From: Paramoeba atlantica | Lineage: Eukaryota; Protista; Discosea | Assembly (NCBI GenBank): GCA_977017575.1 | Contig: CDRNVI010000024.1 | Location: 1-64,000 of the forward strand | Reading direction: 5' to 3' | Length of the DNA: 64,000 nt | Shown: in pieces, positions 32,269 to 45,797 of the stretch | How the letters are laid out: every line of letters starts with the position of its first letter | Position numbering within the stretch: position 1 is the first letter of the stretch | Made by a program: the position numbers and the translations under genes | The notes under the pieces: model-generated | Databases searched by the model: none | Told to the model about the DNA's origin: nothing | Seen by the model: only the letters and a program-made list of their open reading frames with translations

Positions 32269-32516
32269 AAAGATTAAGGAAATAAAGGGTGTGGTAGAAA
32301 ACGAATCTCACTGTAGACATAAAAAAGGCATCAAAAAATTGGGTACGTGGCACATGATTCGTTGAAATATCAATGCAACCCACAAATCCTAATCACATCG
32401 CACATAAAAAAATCAAGAAGCTGAAGCCGCGCGAAAGTGGTGCCCCCCATTTCTTTTAGAATTCAATGTGCCCCCGAAAATACGTTTTTCTGAATGTACA
32501 ACACGAGTTGTACGGT

Positions 32517-33815
32517 TCATTTGTTCCTTATTCGAAAGTATTCCCACATACCCCCGGGAGGGTATGTACCTCTTTGATCGTGTAAGATTTGTACTGCTCC
32601 ACTGTCGTCACTGATAGCCATTACTCCCTGCATCATTCCAGGGCGGCACCAAATTCGTCGCAGGGGTGATCTTCCAAGCTCCAGCAGACACTGTTTGCTT
32701 GTGGGGGAACAAACTACAAGGTGGGATGTAAGAGACCCGCTCTCCCAAGCAGAGGTAAGCACAAGTGGCTCGGCACACACCGAGCTCGCCGCTCTTCCAC
32801 ACAACATGATGTCACACGGGCCCTCGGTTAGGGTTTCGAGACCCTCAAAACGCGAGAGGTGAGCATTTTCCTTGATCTTGCGAAGATCGTATATCACCAC
32901 AGCCCCACAGTATGTTCGCACGGCCATGTAATGCTCCAGTAATGATAATCCACAAATACCCTCTTGGGAAACTTCTGTGCGGGAAGTGTGTTTCCTAGAG
33001 TGCAACCTCTCACTATCCCATAGCTGAACTGCTCCATCCTGTCCCCCGGTCGCGAAATGCGTCGCTCCTCCGTAGAGTTGGGAACTCACGGCGGTAATAG
33101 GCACGCGCGCGGCAAGAGGGTTGCTCTCTCCATGTTTGATCACGGCTCTAGAAACAATGAAAGAACTGGCATCGGAAATATCATAGAGCCGTAAAGTTCC
33201 GTCCATCGAGGACGAGTAAAACCGTTTCGTGGATTCGAAGGCATTTTTCACCCACCCCACCTGTGAAATCGAAGATGTATGTCCGGGGTTTCGATACGCA
33301 TCGCGTACAGTAGCCACACCCAGGGAGGTGACGGCGCAGAGTGACAAAGGCTCTGTAGAGGTTTCATTCAGTTGGTAGAGTCGACAATTAATACCCTCTG
33401 TTCCCGCTAACAATATATTCCTTCCGTCGCCAATGTCATTCGCGAAACTCGAACGCCATGCTACATCTGTGATTCCTACGACCGGCCCTCCGTCGTATCC
33501 AGGAAGACCCTCTAACACTTGAGAAGGATTGCCCACCCCATTTGGCCGAGATATCGAATGGAGATGAACTTTTCCGTCCATCGCTCCAGACACCATCCAT
33601 GAATTATCTTTACCACACTTTGCGCTAATGTCTATTCCTCTGCATGAAGTCTCGTGATTTTGCACCTTCAAACAATGCGTAATTGGAACCCCTATGTGAG
33701 GCAAAAACGAATCAGCGGAAATCGACCCCTCCGTAGAAAATGGGACCAGTGACCGATTTACTCGCATTGCGGCAGTTGTCACTGACCGCAGTCCCGCGGA
33801 ATCCACGCACGACAT
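32517..33815 (-). CDS. WD40-repeat protein, WDR70-like
   Basis: SGAMDGKV, GHTSSISQVGW, SSSMDGTLRLYD, ATGGQDGAVQLWD. Confidence 0.7.
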   Translation of the reverse strand: MSCVDSAGLRSVTTAAMRVNRSLVPFSTEGSISADSFLPHIGVPITHCLKVQNHETSCRGIDISAKCGKDNSWMVSGAMDGKVHLHSISRPNGVGNPSQVLEGLPGYDGGPVVGITDVAWRSSFANDIGDGRNILLAGTEGINCRLYQLNETSTEPLSLCAVTSLGVATVRDAYRNPGHTSSISQVGWVKNAFESTKRFYSSSMDGTLRLYDISDASSFIVSRAVIKHGESNPLAARVPITAVSSQLYGGATHFATGGQDGAVQLWDSERLHSRKHTSRTEVSQEGICGLSLLEHYMAVRTYCGAVVIYDLRKIKENAHLSRFEGLETLTEGPCDIMLCGRAASSVCAEPLVLTSAWESGSLTSHLVVCSPTSKQCLLELGRSPLRRIWCRPGMMQGVMAISDDSGAVQILHDQRGTYPPGGMWEYFRIRNK

Positions 33816-34564
33816 GCACCGTGACTCAGTTTAATAAAGTGACATGAAAAGGAAAGAAATTTATGGGAGTGTCATAGTTCACAGAGATGCGTATTAGGCA
33901 AAGTAGCAACACATTGCCTCTCAAATTGAATTCAAATCTTAACCTTATTCCGTAATACCATGCTGTACAATAACTGTGAACCACGGAACAGAAGCCTACT
34001 CAATGTACCGAAAAATGCATGCTCGGCGAAAAATTATAATTTTTTTTCCTTTAACTCATAAGGGCCTTTACAGTGCGCCCTCCATAATGATTCCAAGAAT
34101 TCGATTCTACGTGTGAGCAGTTTCAGCGCTGGTGGGGTGTCTCCTCATGTATTTAAGATTGAAGGCTGAAACCCCTGATTCATCATTTACACGAAGATAG
34201 TAAGAAAAAAATGAATAAAGTGAGAAAAGGAAACAAATGTGAGAAATTTTACTAAGAGAAATGTGACTGTACTACCAAAAAAAGTAATATGCACAAGCAT
34301 CAGGTTCTTTGCATGTTTTCGTGAATCTTAAGATCTATCATATTTTTATCTTATTTTTCAATCTAAAAGGAAGTAAAAATAAACAAACAAATCAATGAAG
34401 CACAGATCCACGCCGTTGTGAAAACAACGTTAAGAAAGAATGCACTCTAAAAGAATTCTTACTTCGTGAATCGCATATCTAGAACAAAAAAACCAATATT
34501 CTACAAACATTCTAAACTAGAGAAACCCCTAAGCTGCTTCAATCACCCAAAACTGCAATATTAG

Positions 34565-35605
34565 CTAAAGTGAATCGCTTAGCTCCGGGAGCGGCTGATC
34601 GGAAACCTCACCGCATTTTGATGAGGCATATTTCCGTTTCACCGCGGTGTACTTGCTGCTCAGCAACACGTGGGCGTACTCCAATAACTGCTGGGCGACA
34701 CTAAAGACATCGGGTAGAGTGTATCCCGAGTAGTGTTGCATCAGAGGAGTCCATGGCTCCGTGTGGCCCCGCGTACGACATGCGAGATACACACAGGCGG
34801 CAGCCACTAGACTCGGCAGATATCCGTACATCGCGTAGCTCAGTAGGGATATCTCCGAGTAGTAAAAGGTGGCATGTGTCAATGAAGTGTCGGCGTCCAT
34901 CACGTCTAACAGACGGCTTGTGAAGTGCATTACATTCGGAGTTGTCAGTCGGAAGTGAAGCGCTCCACAAATAAGTCGTTCCATAGTGAGAATATCTTCT
35001 CGGGAGTACGTGTTGGCGCTAATGTACACACAGTCTTTAATTTCAGGTGGCCATATTTCCTCATATTTAGCCGCGAGCAGTATCGCGGTAACACCCACGA
35101 GCTGAAGTGTAGATCGAGTGGTGCGTGCGACGGAGAGGTATCGGTCAACAATATCGACGGCAAGGAAGAGTGTCTCGGGCCGACACTTGAACTTCAGGTG
35201 TACCTCGACAAGCCAGTCAACAAGAATGGTTCGCATTTTTTCGCTCAATTCAGGTTGATGACTCAAGTAGGGGTCGCGCGAAAGTTGTTCCTCGGCGTGT
35301 CTCAGACTTGACATGATATCTTTCATATACTCTGCGGCGTACTGGGGATCAGCGTGTCGTCGCTTGTCGGCCTGTGGGGAGGCAGAGAGGTACGGCTGTG
35401 ACTGTTCTACGGATTGGGTTAGAATCTTTTCTTTTTGAAGAAAAAGGGAAGGACAAGACTTGATTGCTTGACTGAGAACTGGAATCACATTGATATCTGC
35501 TTTAGCTAAAGGCATCGTACGTTGGGATAATCCTTTGGATGGCTGAGAATTTTGGGAGAGTGCAACTTCTTGCTGGGAAAGAGAAAGCGCTGCTTCGCGG
35601 GGCAT
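34565..35605 (-). CDS. Mitotic-type (A/B-like) cyclin, copy 1
   Basis: MRTILVDWLVEVHLKF; LQLVGVTAILLAAKYEEIWPP. Confidence 0.93.
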   Translation of the reverse strand: MPREAALSLSQQEVALSQNSQPSKGLSQRTMPLAKADINVIPVLSQAIKSCPSLFLQKEKILTQSVEQSQPYLSASPQADKRRHADPQYAAEYMKDIMSSLRHAEEQLSRDPYLSHQPELSEKMRTILVDWLVEVHLKFKCRPETLFLAVDIVDRYLSVARTTRSTLQLVGVTAILLAAKYEEIWPPEIKDCVYISANTYSREDILTMERLICGALHFRLTTPNVMHFTSRLLDVMDADTSLTHATFYYSEISLLSYAMYGYLPSLVAAACVYLACRTRGHTEPWTPLMQHYSGYTLPDVFSVAQQLLEYAHVLLSSKYTAVKRKYASSKCGEVSDQPLPELSDSL

Positions 35606-36142
35606 AAGCAGATATAGAAAATAATAAAATAAGCCTGTTTGTGTGATAGTAGTATAAGGTTTCGAAACAGTCGGTAAATTTTACCGACTTCATAGCTTTT
35701 ACTAAAAGCTATATAAAAAAATCTATATGCTAAAAACTCGTGCTATATTTGTAGTGGCATCTGAAGAAAGAAACTCTGAACGATGTCAAGCCCAGCACAT
35801 GTATACAGGGGTACCAGTATGCGTAACGCGGAACTAATACAGATGAAAAAGCAAAACTCTGACAATTGTGGAATTATAACGTTTTGTACTGGTATTATTC
35901 GTCTTTTACCAGTACTACAGTCCAATACTACAGTCCACAGTGTACTATCTCTCATTAATACCAATGAAGGTCAGAAAAAAGAAGAAACCTCAACTTTCCA
36001 TTCATGCAGGCGGGAAAGTCAATGCGATGAACCAAAGTCAATAAAGATCATTACTTGGTGGTATCATTACTTAATATCTTTTCTTAGTGGTGCACGGACG
36101 ACTTCTCCAATATAGTGTGGAACAAAGCGAAAATGAAGATTT

Positions 36143-37684
<1,542 letters not shown>

Positions 37685-38061
37685 TCACACAACATATTTA
37701 ACGTGTTATTAAATAGACTGAGTTACTTACGTGTACTACAAGAAATATTTCTGAAGCACATGACTTACATCGGCGAGTGCCTAATAAAGTTTACAACAGG
37801 CGGAGGAACATTACATTCAACAGAAATCGGAATTCCAGAAGACTAAAGAATCTGGCGCTACGAAACCAAAAACCCTTTTGGTTCCTTCTCATTGGTTTTT
37901 GGAATAGGGAGTCACACACCTCGTGGTAACACTTACTACTACAAGGAACAATGGCTTACTGCTTCTAAAATCTAGTTCTACTTTTTAACTAATGAAGTAA
38001 TTCTACTATAGAATCACCCATACAATATGCCAAGGATAAGCTCTACAGACATACAGTGTAG

Positions 38062-39081
38062 CTAAAAATCTTCCCTCTGTGGAAGAGAACAAGATGCCGC
38101 ATTTGCGTATTTATCCGTATCGTATTTCCGTTTCACCGCGGTGTACTTGCTGCTCAGCAACACGTGGGCGTACTCCAATAACTGCTGGGCGACACTAAAG
38201 ACATCGGGTAGAGTGTATCCCGAGTAGTGTTGCATCAGAGGAGTCCATGGCTCCGTGTGGCCCCGCGTACGACATGCGAGATACACACAGGCGGCAGCCA
38301 CTAGACTCGGCAGATATCCGTACATCGCGTAGCTCAGTAGGGATATCTCCGAGTAGTAAAAGGTGGCATGTGTCAATGAAGTGTCGGCGTCCATCACGTC
38401 TAACAGACGGCTTGTGAAGTGCATTACATTCGGAGTTGTCAGTCGGAAGTGAAGCGCTCCACAAATAAGTCGTTCCATAGTGAGAATATCTTCTCGGGAG
38501 TACGTGTTGGCGCTAATGTACACACAGTCTTTAATTTCAGGTGGCCATATTTCCTCATATTTAGCCGCGAGCAGTATCGCGGTAACACCCACGAGCTGAA
38601 GTGTAGATCGAGTGGTGCGTGCGACGGAGAGGTATCGGTCAACAATATCGACGGCAAGGAAGAGTGTCTCGGGCCGACACTTGAACTTCAGGTGTACCTC
38701 GACAAGCCAGTCAACAAGAATGGTTCGCATTTTTTCGCTCAACTCCGGTTGATGACTCAAGTAGGGGTCGCGCGAAAGTTGTTCCTCGGCGTGTCTCAGA
38801 CTTGACATGATATCTTTCATATACTCTGCGGCGTACTGGGGATCAGCGTGTCGTCGCTTGTCGGCCTGTGGGGAGGCAGAAAGGTATGGGTGAGAAGATG
38901 AATTAGGATGAGCTAAGTGATGTTTCTTTCCAGCTGAATGTAGAGTGGCGTGACTTTTAATTGCATTGACGTTCGCGCTCGTTAGCGCCCCGGTACTCTG
39001 AGATACTATTTTTGGGTACTGGATTGTAAGGACATCGAATAGGGATTGTGCCTGTGTATGGGGTGTCGACTGAGGTATCAT
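38062..39081 (-). CDS. Mitotic-type cyclin, copy 2
   Basis: Cyclin box near-identical to copy 1, different termini. Confidence 0.93.
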   Translation of the reverse strand: MIPQSTPHTQAQSLFDVLTIQYPKIVSQSTGALTSANVNAIKSHATLHSAGKKHHLAHPNSSSHPYLSASPQADKRRHADPQYAAEYMKDIMSSLRHAEEQLSRDPYLSHQPELSEKMRTILVDWLVEVHLKFKCRPETLFLAVDIVDRYLSVARTTRSTLQLVGVTAILLAAKYEEIWPPEIKDCVYISANTYSREDILTMERLICGALHFRLTTPNVMHFTSRLLDVMDADTSLTHATFYYSEISLLSYAMYGYLPSLVAAACVYLACRTRGHTEPWTPLMQHYSGYTLPDVFSVAQQLLEYAHVLLSSKYTAVKRKYDTDKYANAASCSLPQREDF

Positions 39082-39326
39082 ACGTTGTGTGTCCGAGGAA
39101 GCAACAGATAATATGTACTTTTGTGGTTCCCCGTTCGAGTGAAAGTAATAAAAATATGAAGAATGATGTACTGCCCAATAATAAAGATGTGTTCAAAAAA
39201 TAGTTGATTGTGTAAAAACGCCACTAATAAACTGAGTGTATTATTTTGGACTTTTAGATACGATATGTGTACGTCAAAAATACATTTGTATTTTTTCTTA
39301 CAGAATTATCAATTCTGTACATCTAT

Positions 39327-40139
39327 CTAAATTTTGTGAAGATTATCTAATTGATTTCTGATCTCATCCGTCTTAGAAAGACACTCATTCGATTCACCTA
39401 GCAAGCGTTCTAAGCTTTCTACCCGAGAAAGGCATTCTGATTGCTCACTGGAGAGAGACTGCTGTTCGCGACGCACGGCAGAAATCTTTTCTTGCATATC
39501 TTGTATCGAAACTTGTGCCTTTCGCCGCTCGCGCACAACGTTCCCTAATTGTTCGTCCAGCGTTGCTTTTTCCTCTGATAAAATACGTTCTTTCGCATAT
39601 AATTCCTTCATGTAACGCTCGGTTTCATATGCTTTTTGTCGCTTTTGGGTCAGCACCTCCAATTTTTGTTTCAGCAACGAGATCTCTCGGTCTTTTTCGT
39701 CTAACACAAGCGCAAGTGCGTTCTTCTGAACAGTAAGACTGGAAATGGCTTCCGCATGCGTACCTTCTATTTGGGCATATTCTTCCCGCACTCGAGACAC
39801 ATGAGCGGTACATTGGCGGTGCTCTTCTTCGTATGCTTTTTGTTGAGTCTCAAGCGCTTGTTCGAGTCTCTCGATTTCATCCTTTTGTGACTCGCACAAA
39901 GCGATGTACCTTTTTCTTGTCATTTGTTTTTGCTGTAACATGTTTTGCAAGTGAGAAATCTCTTGTTTCATATTCTCTGTCTCATTATTCTTTCCCTGCA
40001 CTACTTGTCGAAGCTCTCGGAGTCTCTGATCCGAACTTTCCAATTCTCTTTCCTTGGCCCTCAGTGTCTCAAGTTGCTCACCAAACGCAAAATCCGAAGG
40101 TCCAGGGTTTCTAAGAGGAGGTGTCTTACTTCTTGACAT
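39327..40139 (-). CDS. Coiled-coil protein
   Basis: 270-aa E/K/Q/L heptad-rich ORF. Confidence 0.7.
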   Translation of the reverse strand: MSRSKTPPLRNPGPSDFAFGEQLETLRAKERELESSDQRLRELRQVVQGKNNETENMKQEISHLQNMLQQKQMTRKRYIALCESQKDEIERLEQALETQQKAYEEEHRQCTAHVSRVREEYAQIEGTHAEAISSLTVQKNALALVLDEKDREISLLKQKLEVLTQKRQKAYETERYMKELYAKERILSEEKATLDEQLGNVVRERRKAQVSIQDMQEKISAVRREQQSLSSEQSECLSRVESLERLLGESNECLSKTDEIRNQLDNLHKI

Positions 40140-40330
40140 TTACATCAAATAAGAAAAATGTAATGGGGCAAGTGGAAAAAAGCTTTTATGATTCATACAA
40201 TATTATTATTCGGAGTATTTTAAAAAGAAAGAAAGAGAGAAAGAAATTCAAAACTAGAAATACTAAAAAAAAGAAATACAATGTAAAATAGGAAATTTGA
40301 CACTCATAAACTCTTCTAGTATGTACGTAT

Positions 40331-40870
40331 TCAAAGTTTGTCCTCCCCTCGAAGATATTCCCCAACGTCTGCCTCATGAAAGAGAACAATGGCGTTGCTT
40401 TCGCACTTTCTGCACTGCAACGTGCTCTGCGCTGTGACCCCGAAGCCTAATGGGAGGTCAGACATAGAAAACACAACGACCCCCGCGTGTTGAGGGGTAT
40501 TTTCCGTTATGCGACCCAATCCATTTCTCGTTATATTATTTCCGTACAAGAAAGATTGTTCTTGGTTTGGTTTCACCCATACTTTAAAAATAGCGTATTT
40601 CGCCAAAATATCCAGGGCTGTAATTATGATACGAATGTTTCCATGATGTGTTACCCTAGCGAGAGCGGTTCCGATCCCCACAAGATGTTTGCGGTGAACC
40701 TGGCTGGCGACTTTTTCTAGTGCTGTTGGAATAAGCCAGATGCGCTTAGCATGAATGCGGAAAACCCACTCTTCACCACCTTGATCCAGTAAACGACTCA
40801 TATTCGACCCAATATATTTCGCAAGTTTCGCAAAGAGCTTCTCGGACTCTTCTTTTGTTAAGGGGCGCAT
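40331..40870 (-). CDS. NIP7: 60S ribosome biogenesis protein NIP7
   Basis: MRPLTKEE..LFAKLAKYIG; PUA domain; HEADVGEYLR. Confidence 0.95.
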   Translation of the reverse strand: MRPLTKEESEKLFAKLAKYIGSNMSRLLDQGGEEWVFRIHAKRIWLIPTALEKVASQVHRKHLVGIGTALARVTHHGNIRIIITALDILAKYAIFKVWVKPNQEQSFLYGNNITRNGLGRITENTPQHAGVVVFSMSDLPLGFGVTAQSTLQCRKCESNAIVLFHEADVGEYLRGEDKL

Positions 40871-41051
40871 GGAAGATGATAAGAAAGTTGAAAATCAGAG
40901 AAACATTGAAAAAGGAAAACCGCTGCTCCTTACCAATTACGGCAGATAAATACACATCTATAAAATATCTAGATCTATCCATAAGTATCTAGAAAATATA
41001 TTTTTAGGAGGGTGCACATTAATCCAACCAATCTCACAGATTGCTTGGTCT

Positions 41052-42347
41052 TCACCTGCGCTCGTTAACAAATTCAAATGTTTCTCCACCAAGGAAGAAA
41101 TGTGTCCGACTTTGTCTGAGAGCCGCATAAGTTCCGTGTGCTCCCTCCAGCTGTATTAATCGTGTAGGCAATCCCATGACGCAGAGCATGTTACAATGAG
41201 AAATCCAGCACATACGTGGGGGTTTGATAAAAGGCCCACATGTATGTAATACAAGGGAGGTAAGCTTAGATAAAGCAGGTATACGCAAAATTTGAACAAC
41301 AAGTGAGTTTTCTGTTGTACCGTAAAGAACTGCTAAACAAGGGTGTCCCTTTAGTGTGATACGACATATTGCGTAGGCGGTCTGCATGAGATGGTTAAAG
41401 AATGCTCCCTCGGGAAGCAAACCGCTACTGGAAAAGACCTGACATGAAGTATCATAAGCAAGAGCAAAAATATATTTTCCTTCCGACGATGCCTCCATGC
41501 ATGTTATTGGTGCCCCAGGGGAGGTGCAAGTGATGGTATGCTGCAAAACCATTCGATCGCGTTCCACTGCTAGAAGCAGCAGGTCTCCATTTTCCACGCC
41601 AAGTGCGATGTGCCCGATATCAAAATTTGTGTCGGAGAAAAGCGGGGTACTTGCGTTCGATCCCACCCACTGAATACAGCTAATTCTATTTGAGAATGTG
41701 AAGCCCCATTCGAGAAACTTACTGTACGTATCCGTTCGGATAACGACAATGCGACGTCCGCATTCGTCCACTGCCCAGATCCACTCCCCAGAAGAAGAAA
41801 ATTGTGCATCACTCACGGAGGAAAAAGATAAACCTGTGATAGAACATACGTCAGATATTTGAGTTGTTGCCTCGCCTAAAGAATAATCTTCACTAATATT
41901 CCAAAAAAATACTCCGGTGTCAGAAAAAGTTAAGAACAGATGAGCTAGCAGTGGATGAGTTCGAATACCACGTAAAAGATAGTCAAACACAGATACGGCC
42001 CCAGATTCGTATGTATTAATAACTTTTTGAAGTTTGAGGCACACCTCTTGAACGACACCAGAGTAAAGAAGCACCAGCACGCGTCCTGATGGGGGACTAT
42101 CGACCTTTTGATTCTCCTTATCACAAATTTGTTTGTGTCCATCGTGCGGTCCTGTGATGAGTGCCGCATCGACAATTTTATCGTCTACTGAAATTTGCCA
42201 TTGCTTCAGAATCGGCTCAACAATATATGCAACGTGTTTATTGCCTGGTAAGGTTTTTAATGTGCTCGTACTTTGATTGGGACCACACAACGATAAATAA
42301 CACGACAGAGCATCAAGACCCTTGTCTTTGTATTCAGTACTTACCAT
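41052..42347 (-). CDS. Hypothetical beta-propeller-like protein
   Basis: 431-aa ORF with WD-like segments (ISCIQW, ITCMEASSEGKYIF). Confidence 0.6.
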   Translation of the reverse strand: MVSTEYKDKGLDALSCYLSLCGPNQSTSTLKTLPGNKHVAYIVEPILKQWQISVDDKIVDAALITGPHDGHKQICDKENQKVDSPPSGRVLVLLYSGVVQEVCLKLQKVINTYESGAVSVFDYLLRGIRTHPLLAHLFLTFSDTGVFFWNISEDYSLGEATTQISDVCSITGLSFSSVSDAQFSSSGEWIWAVDECGRRIVVIRTDTYSKFLEWGFTFSNRISCIQWVGSNASTPLFSDTNFDIGHIALGVENGDLLLLAVERDRMVLQHTITCTSPGAPITCMEASSEGKYIFALAYDTSCQVFSSSGLLPEGAFFNHLMQTAYAICRITLKGHPCLAVLYGTTENSLVVQILRIPALSKLTSLVLHTCGPFIKPPRMCWISHCNMLCVMGLPTRLIQLEGAHGTYAALRQSRTHFFLGGETFEFVNERR

Positions 42348-42652
42348 TTAAAAAAGATCTATGAAAAAATAATAGAGTTGTACAGAATTCGTAGCCCCAG
42401 TTGTAATGTACATACAACGCACGTTGTGCCGTGATGTATAAAGCAAAGAAAATGTAATGTAACATGTCCACTATTCTACAGTTTAAACTTCTATTTAAAC
42501 AGTTGCATGGGGCCGATGACACATATAAATATGGTTGGATTTCCAAAATGTCGGGAGAGAAAATAAGTACATTCTCTCTCAATGTCATGAAATGCTTGTG
42601 CCTGCGAGGAATGATAAGCTCGTAACAAGCAGAAATTCTGCACTCAAGATTT

Positions 42653-43357
42653 TCATCGTCTCTTCCCTTTATTTTTCTTAACATCGCCCTTCGATAGCAC
42701 AGTAAACCCTTGTGGTATTGCGTTAGAAACCTCTCGTTTTTGCGATTGAAAAGTTTTCAAAAATTCTTCTCGACATCTTTCTTCCTCCAACCGTTCTTTT
42801 TCACGTTCTGACTCTTTTTTTCTTTCTTCTTCATCGGCTACCCTCTTTAGCTCAGCCAATCGTTCAAGTTCTTCCATGTCAAATTCTACGATTTCTTCGG
42901 TTACCTCACATGTTACTGGAGTTTGAGTGGAAGAAATTATTGCGTTTTGCCTTTTAGCACCTGTTTCAGATGTATCGTCTTCGGAATCATCAAAACTATC
43001 TGCGCCTTCACTTGTATTCAGTATGCCTCTACGTTTCTGCTTGTTCGCCGCCTGTGCAAGTGCTTCTCGGAGCCTTTGCAAATAAGATTCCTGTGTACAG
43101 TCAACGACTTTGAGTAAATTGTCGATTTCATTGGGGTCCTCTACAAGCCCTAAAATCTCTCTCGTGAACGCCGCAATGCGACTGGGATCTATTTTCCTCT
43201 TTTCCAACACGTTCCTGCTCTCATCAGCATTATATGATAAAGTGGAAGCAGTCTGCAATACTTTTTGCCCCACAGCTTTTCCAAATTCCACCGCTTTGCT
43301 GTAGGTGCTCAGATCGTAAAGCTCCAAGGGTACAGAACTACTCTGTGAGTTATGCAT
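42653..43357 (-). CDS. Hypothetical protein with charged coiled-coil C-terminus
   Basis: 234-aa ORF on the coding strand. Confidence 0.65.
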   Translation of the reverse strand: MHNSQSSSVPLELYDLSTYSKAVEFGKAVGQKVLQTASTLSYNADESRNVLEKRKIDPSRIAAFTREILGLVEDPNEIDNLLKVVDCTQESYLQRLREALAQAANKQKRRGILNTSEGADSFDDSEDDTSETGAKRQNAIISSTQTPVTCEVTEEIVEFDMEELERLAELKRVADEEERKKESEREKERLEEERCREEFLKTFQSQKREVSNAIPQGFTVLSKGDVKKNKGKRR

Positions 43358-43600
43358 TTAGAAAGAATACTATAGTGCTAATAAACATTATCTCCGACTA
43401 TCTATCTACCCGCTGTACTGCTTTACTATATAGCACTCGCAAAGCTTTTTTATGGAATAATTCGATTGTTGCAACATGATCAACTCAACAATTGTTGCAC
43501 CATTTTTCTACAAAAAATACAAAAAAGAAGAGAAGAATTTGTTGTACAATGAAGCGTTGTCCAATTGTTGTATTACGATAAAATAACTTTCTGTCTTTCG

Positions 43601-45157
43601 TTACGTTTCGGAACTTTTCAACATGCTCCATTCACGTATCCAGCATTGAGACCCGTTGCATAATTCGGGATGACGACGGTTACCACCCAGGAGAAAAAGT
43701 AGGGAAATCTGATATGTAGCAAGTGAATTTTGACAAGTGAATTGTTCGAAGAATTGACGGCGTATCACAAGTAAATCTGCCGCAGGCAAATAGAGTCGCT
43801 TAGGAGAACACATAGAGGCGTGGTTCGAATTCTTTATTAACTGATAGGACAACTCCGGCAAGGAGGAGGTTGACTTTCTATCTTTCATTAAAAAGTGAAT
43901 TTCTCCATTGTCTTCACCACATACATCTGTGTTTCGAGCAACTGCACTATGATTTGTCTTGCCGCCCATCCATGCTACCCATCCTTGGCCGCACGCTACA
44001 CTAATATGTCCATTGCGGTGAGTGGCTTGAATGATTTGTGAAATCGGTTGCGATTCAGCGAGCTGAGGAAGTGACCAAATCATATTTTCCATGTCATAGA
44101 TGAAGCAGAGAGGAATTCCATTGATCAATTGAGCAGCTGAATTTCGGTTGCTGGTGTTCACACCTCCTAAGATCAGTAGTTCCGATTTTGTCAGCCGACT
44201 GATTGAACAAGACACGTACTCTTGAATATCTAGCTCCAAAGTGTCTTTGGAGAAAATATTTTGACGCACGAAAGTGGGAAGCTCGATATTGCTCCAGATA
44301 AACGATTCAAGATCAAAACAATGTAGTGTATAAAAATCTGAAAGGCCGTCGGAGGATTCACATTCTCCGCCAAATACAAACATGTGAGTCTCCGTTGCAC
44401 AAGCGGCGTGACGATATCGCGGGCACGGCACTCTACCGTACTGTGAAATCTTAGGTTTAAGAACAAAATGAAGGGAGGACTGCACCGGATCATTGCAGCC
44501 GCAAGTTATCGTTATCAAGTTCAGATCGTTTTTGATTGAATAATTCTCATCCATTCCACCAAAAATTACGATGTTTTGAGTGAGAAAAAGTCTCAGTACA
44601 TTTTCATTACAAGACGTTGAGGGATTGTATTTAGTGTTACAGGTTGTTTTTCCATACTGTCCTACTTTACATGCCGTGTGCCCCTCCAACAAAAGCTCAG
44701 AACCTAATTTTTTACAATCTTTTCTGATGCCACAATGTTCATCTTTCTCTGATTTCCACGGCACGGAAGACCACTGAGTTAACTTCTCAAACTTTAATAC
44801 TCTAGCAGGACTGCACCAATCAAGGCTTGAGCATGGATTTGTTGAATCTTGTTGAGCAAGAATTGACACCGAGGCTGTTATGTAGTAAGAACCCAGTATT
44901 TCATCATCCCCGTATCCTCCAATGCTCAGAATGAGGCAAGAAAAACTCGAAATTTCCCCAGGTAATGCTGAAGTCGAATCTGTTATTTGTAACACATTGA
45001 GCGTGCTACTCTCTACATGCGTATCCTCTGGAAAGAGTTTCGCGCGCGAACTTTCATTTTCTACGCAATCTTCCCGAAACAAAGATTTGGCGTTTCGTAC
45101 ATTTAAGCCGCCAAGGGAGTGCCACATTACCTTATATCTACATGTCTCCAGATACAA
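43601..45157 (-). CDS. Kelch-repeat protein
   Basis: IVIFGG, PCPRYRHAAC...MFVFGG, LLILGG. Confidence 0.75.
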   Translation of the reverse strand: MYLETCRYKVMWHSLGGLNVRNAKSLFREDCVENESSRAKLFPEDTHVESSTLNVLQITDSTSALPGEISSFSCLILSIGGYGDDEILGSYYITASVSILAQQDSTNPCSSLDWCSPARVLKFEKLTQWSSVPWKSEKDEHCGIRKDCKKLGSELLLEGHTACKVGQYGKTTCNTKYNPSTSCNENVLRLFLTQNIVIFGGMDENYSIKNDLNLITITCGCNDPVQSSLHFVLKPKISQYGRVPCPRYRHAACATETHMFVFGGECESSDGLSDFYTLHCFDLESFIWSNIELPTFVRQNIFSKDTLELDIQEYVSCSISRLTKSELLILGGVNTSNRNSAAQLINGIPLCFIYDMENMIWSLPQLAESQPISQIIQATHRNGHISVACGQGWVAWMGGKTNHSAVARNTDVCGEDNGEIHFLMKDRKSTSSLPELSYQLIKNSNHASMCSPKRLYLPAADLLVIRRQFFEQFTCQNSLATYQISLLFLLGGNRRHPELCNGSQCWIREWSMLKSSET

Positions 45158-45797
45158 GAACGGCTAGAAACCGCCGTAGATAATTAAACGCTAAATACCA
45201 TTAAACAGCTAACTACTTCCGTAAAGTAGAAAGTTCGTTCACGTCCGTAAGCGTTAGTGCCTTATTATGGAAAAAATACATACTAATGCAAAGAAAAAGG
45301 TGTAACAGATAAAAGGATAAGTGTATCTAATAGATTATTTTCGTTTGATAGAGTTTATCTTAGCGTAAACAGCTAGCTTGCATCACGTGCCGAAGAAAGT
45401 ATTTAGAACAAATAAAGACAATGCTGGTCCTGCTAAAAAAGCCCATAATAAAGGAATGAAATAACGAAAGAAACTTATTCCAGAAGAATAAGTTCGATAA
45501 AAATACGTTCCCCTGAGTTACGTTTCCCCTGAATCAAAAATACCATGCTTCTATTCAATAATCGCCTATGTACGAGATAATTTCGATCGGGTGTTATTAC
45601 GTTGCTGAAATCAAGAAAACAAAACAATAATAGGATTAATTGAAGAGGCCTACTATTATACAATGTAGTCAATACGGTTCAAAAATCTCGTGACAAACTA
45701 AGTTTCATCCCACTTAAACTGCTAAAAAAACTGTCAGCATCAGACTAATGACAAAGTCCGCACAAAATTTGCTTGATAATACTCACTCTCTAAAAAT

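Noticed and set aside
35586-35602. Another GCGAAGC-type hairpin
   Set aside because: Imperfect and explained by cyclin codons (PREAAL).
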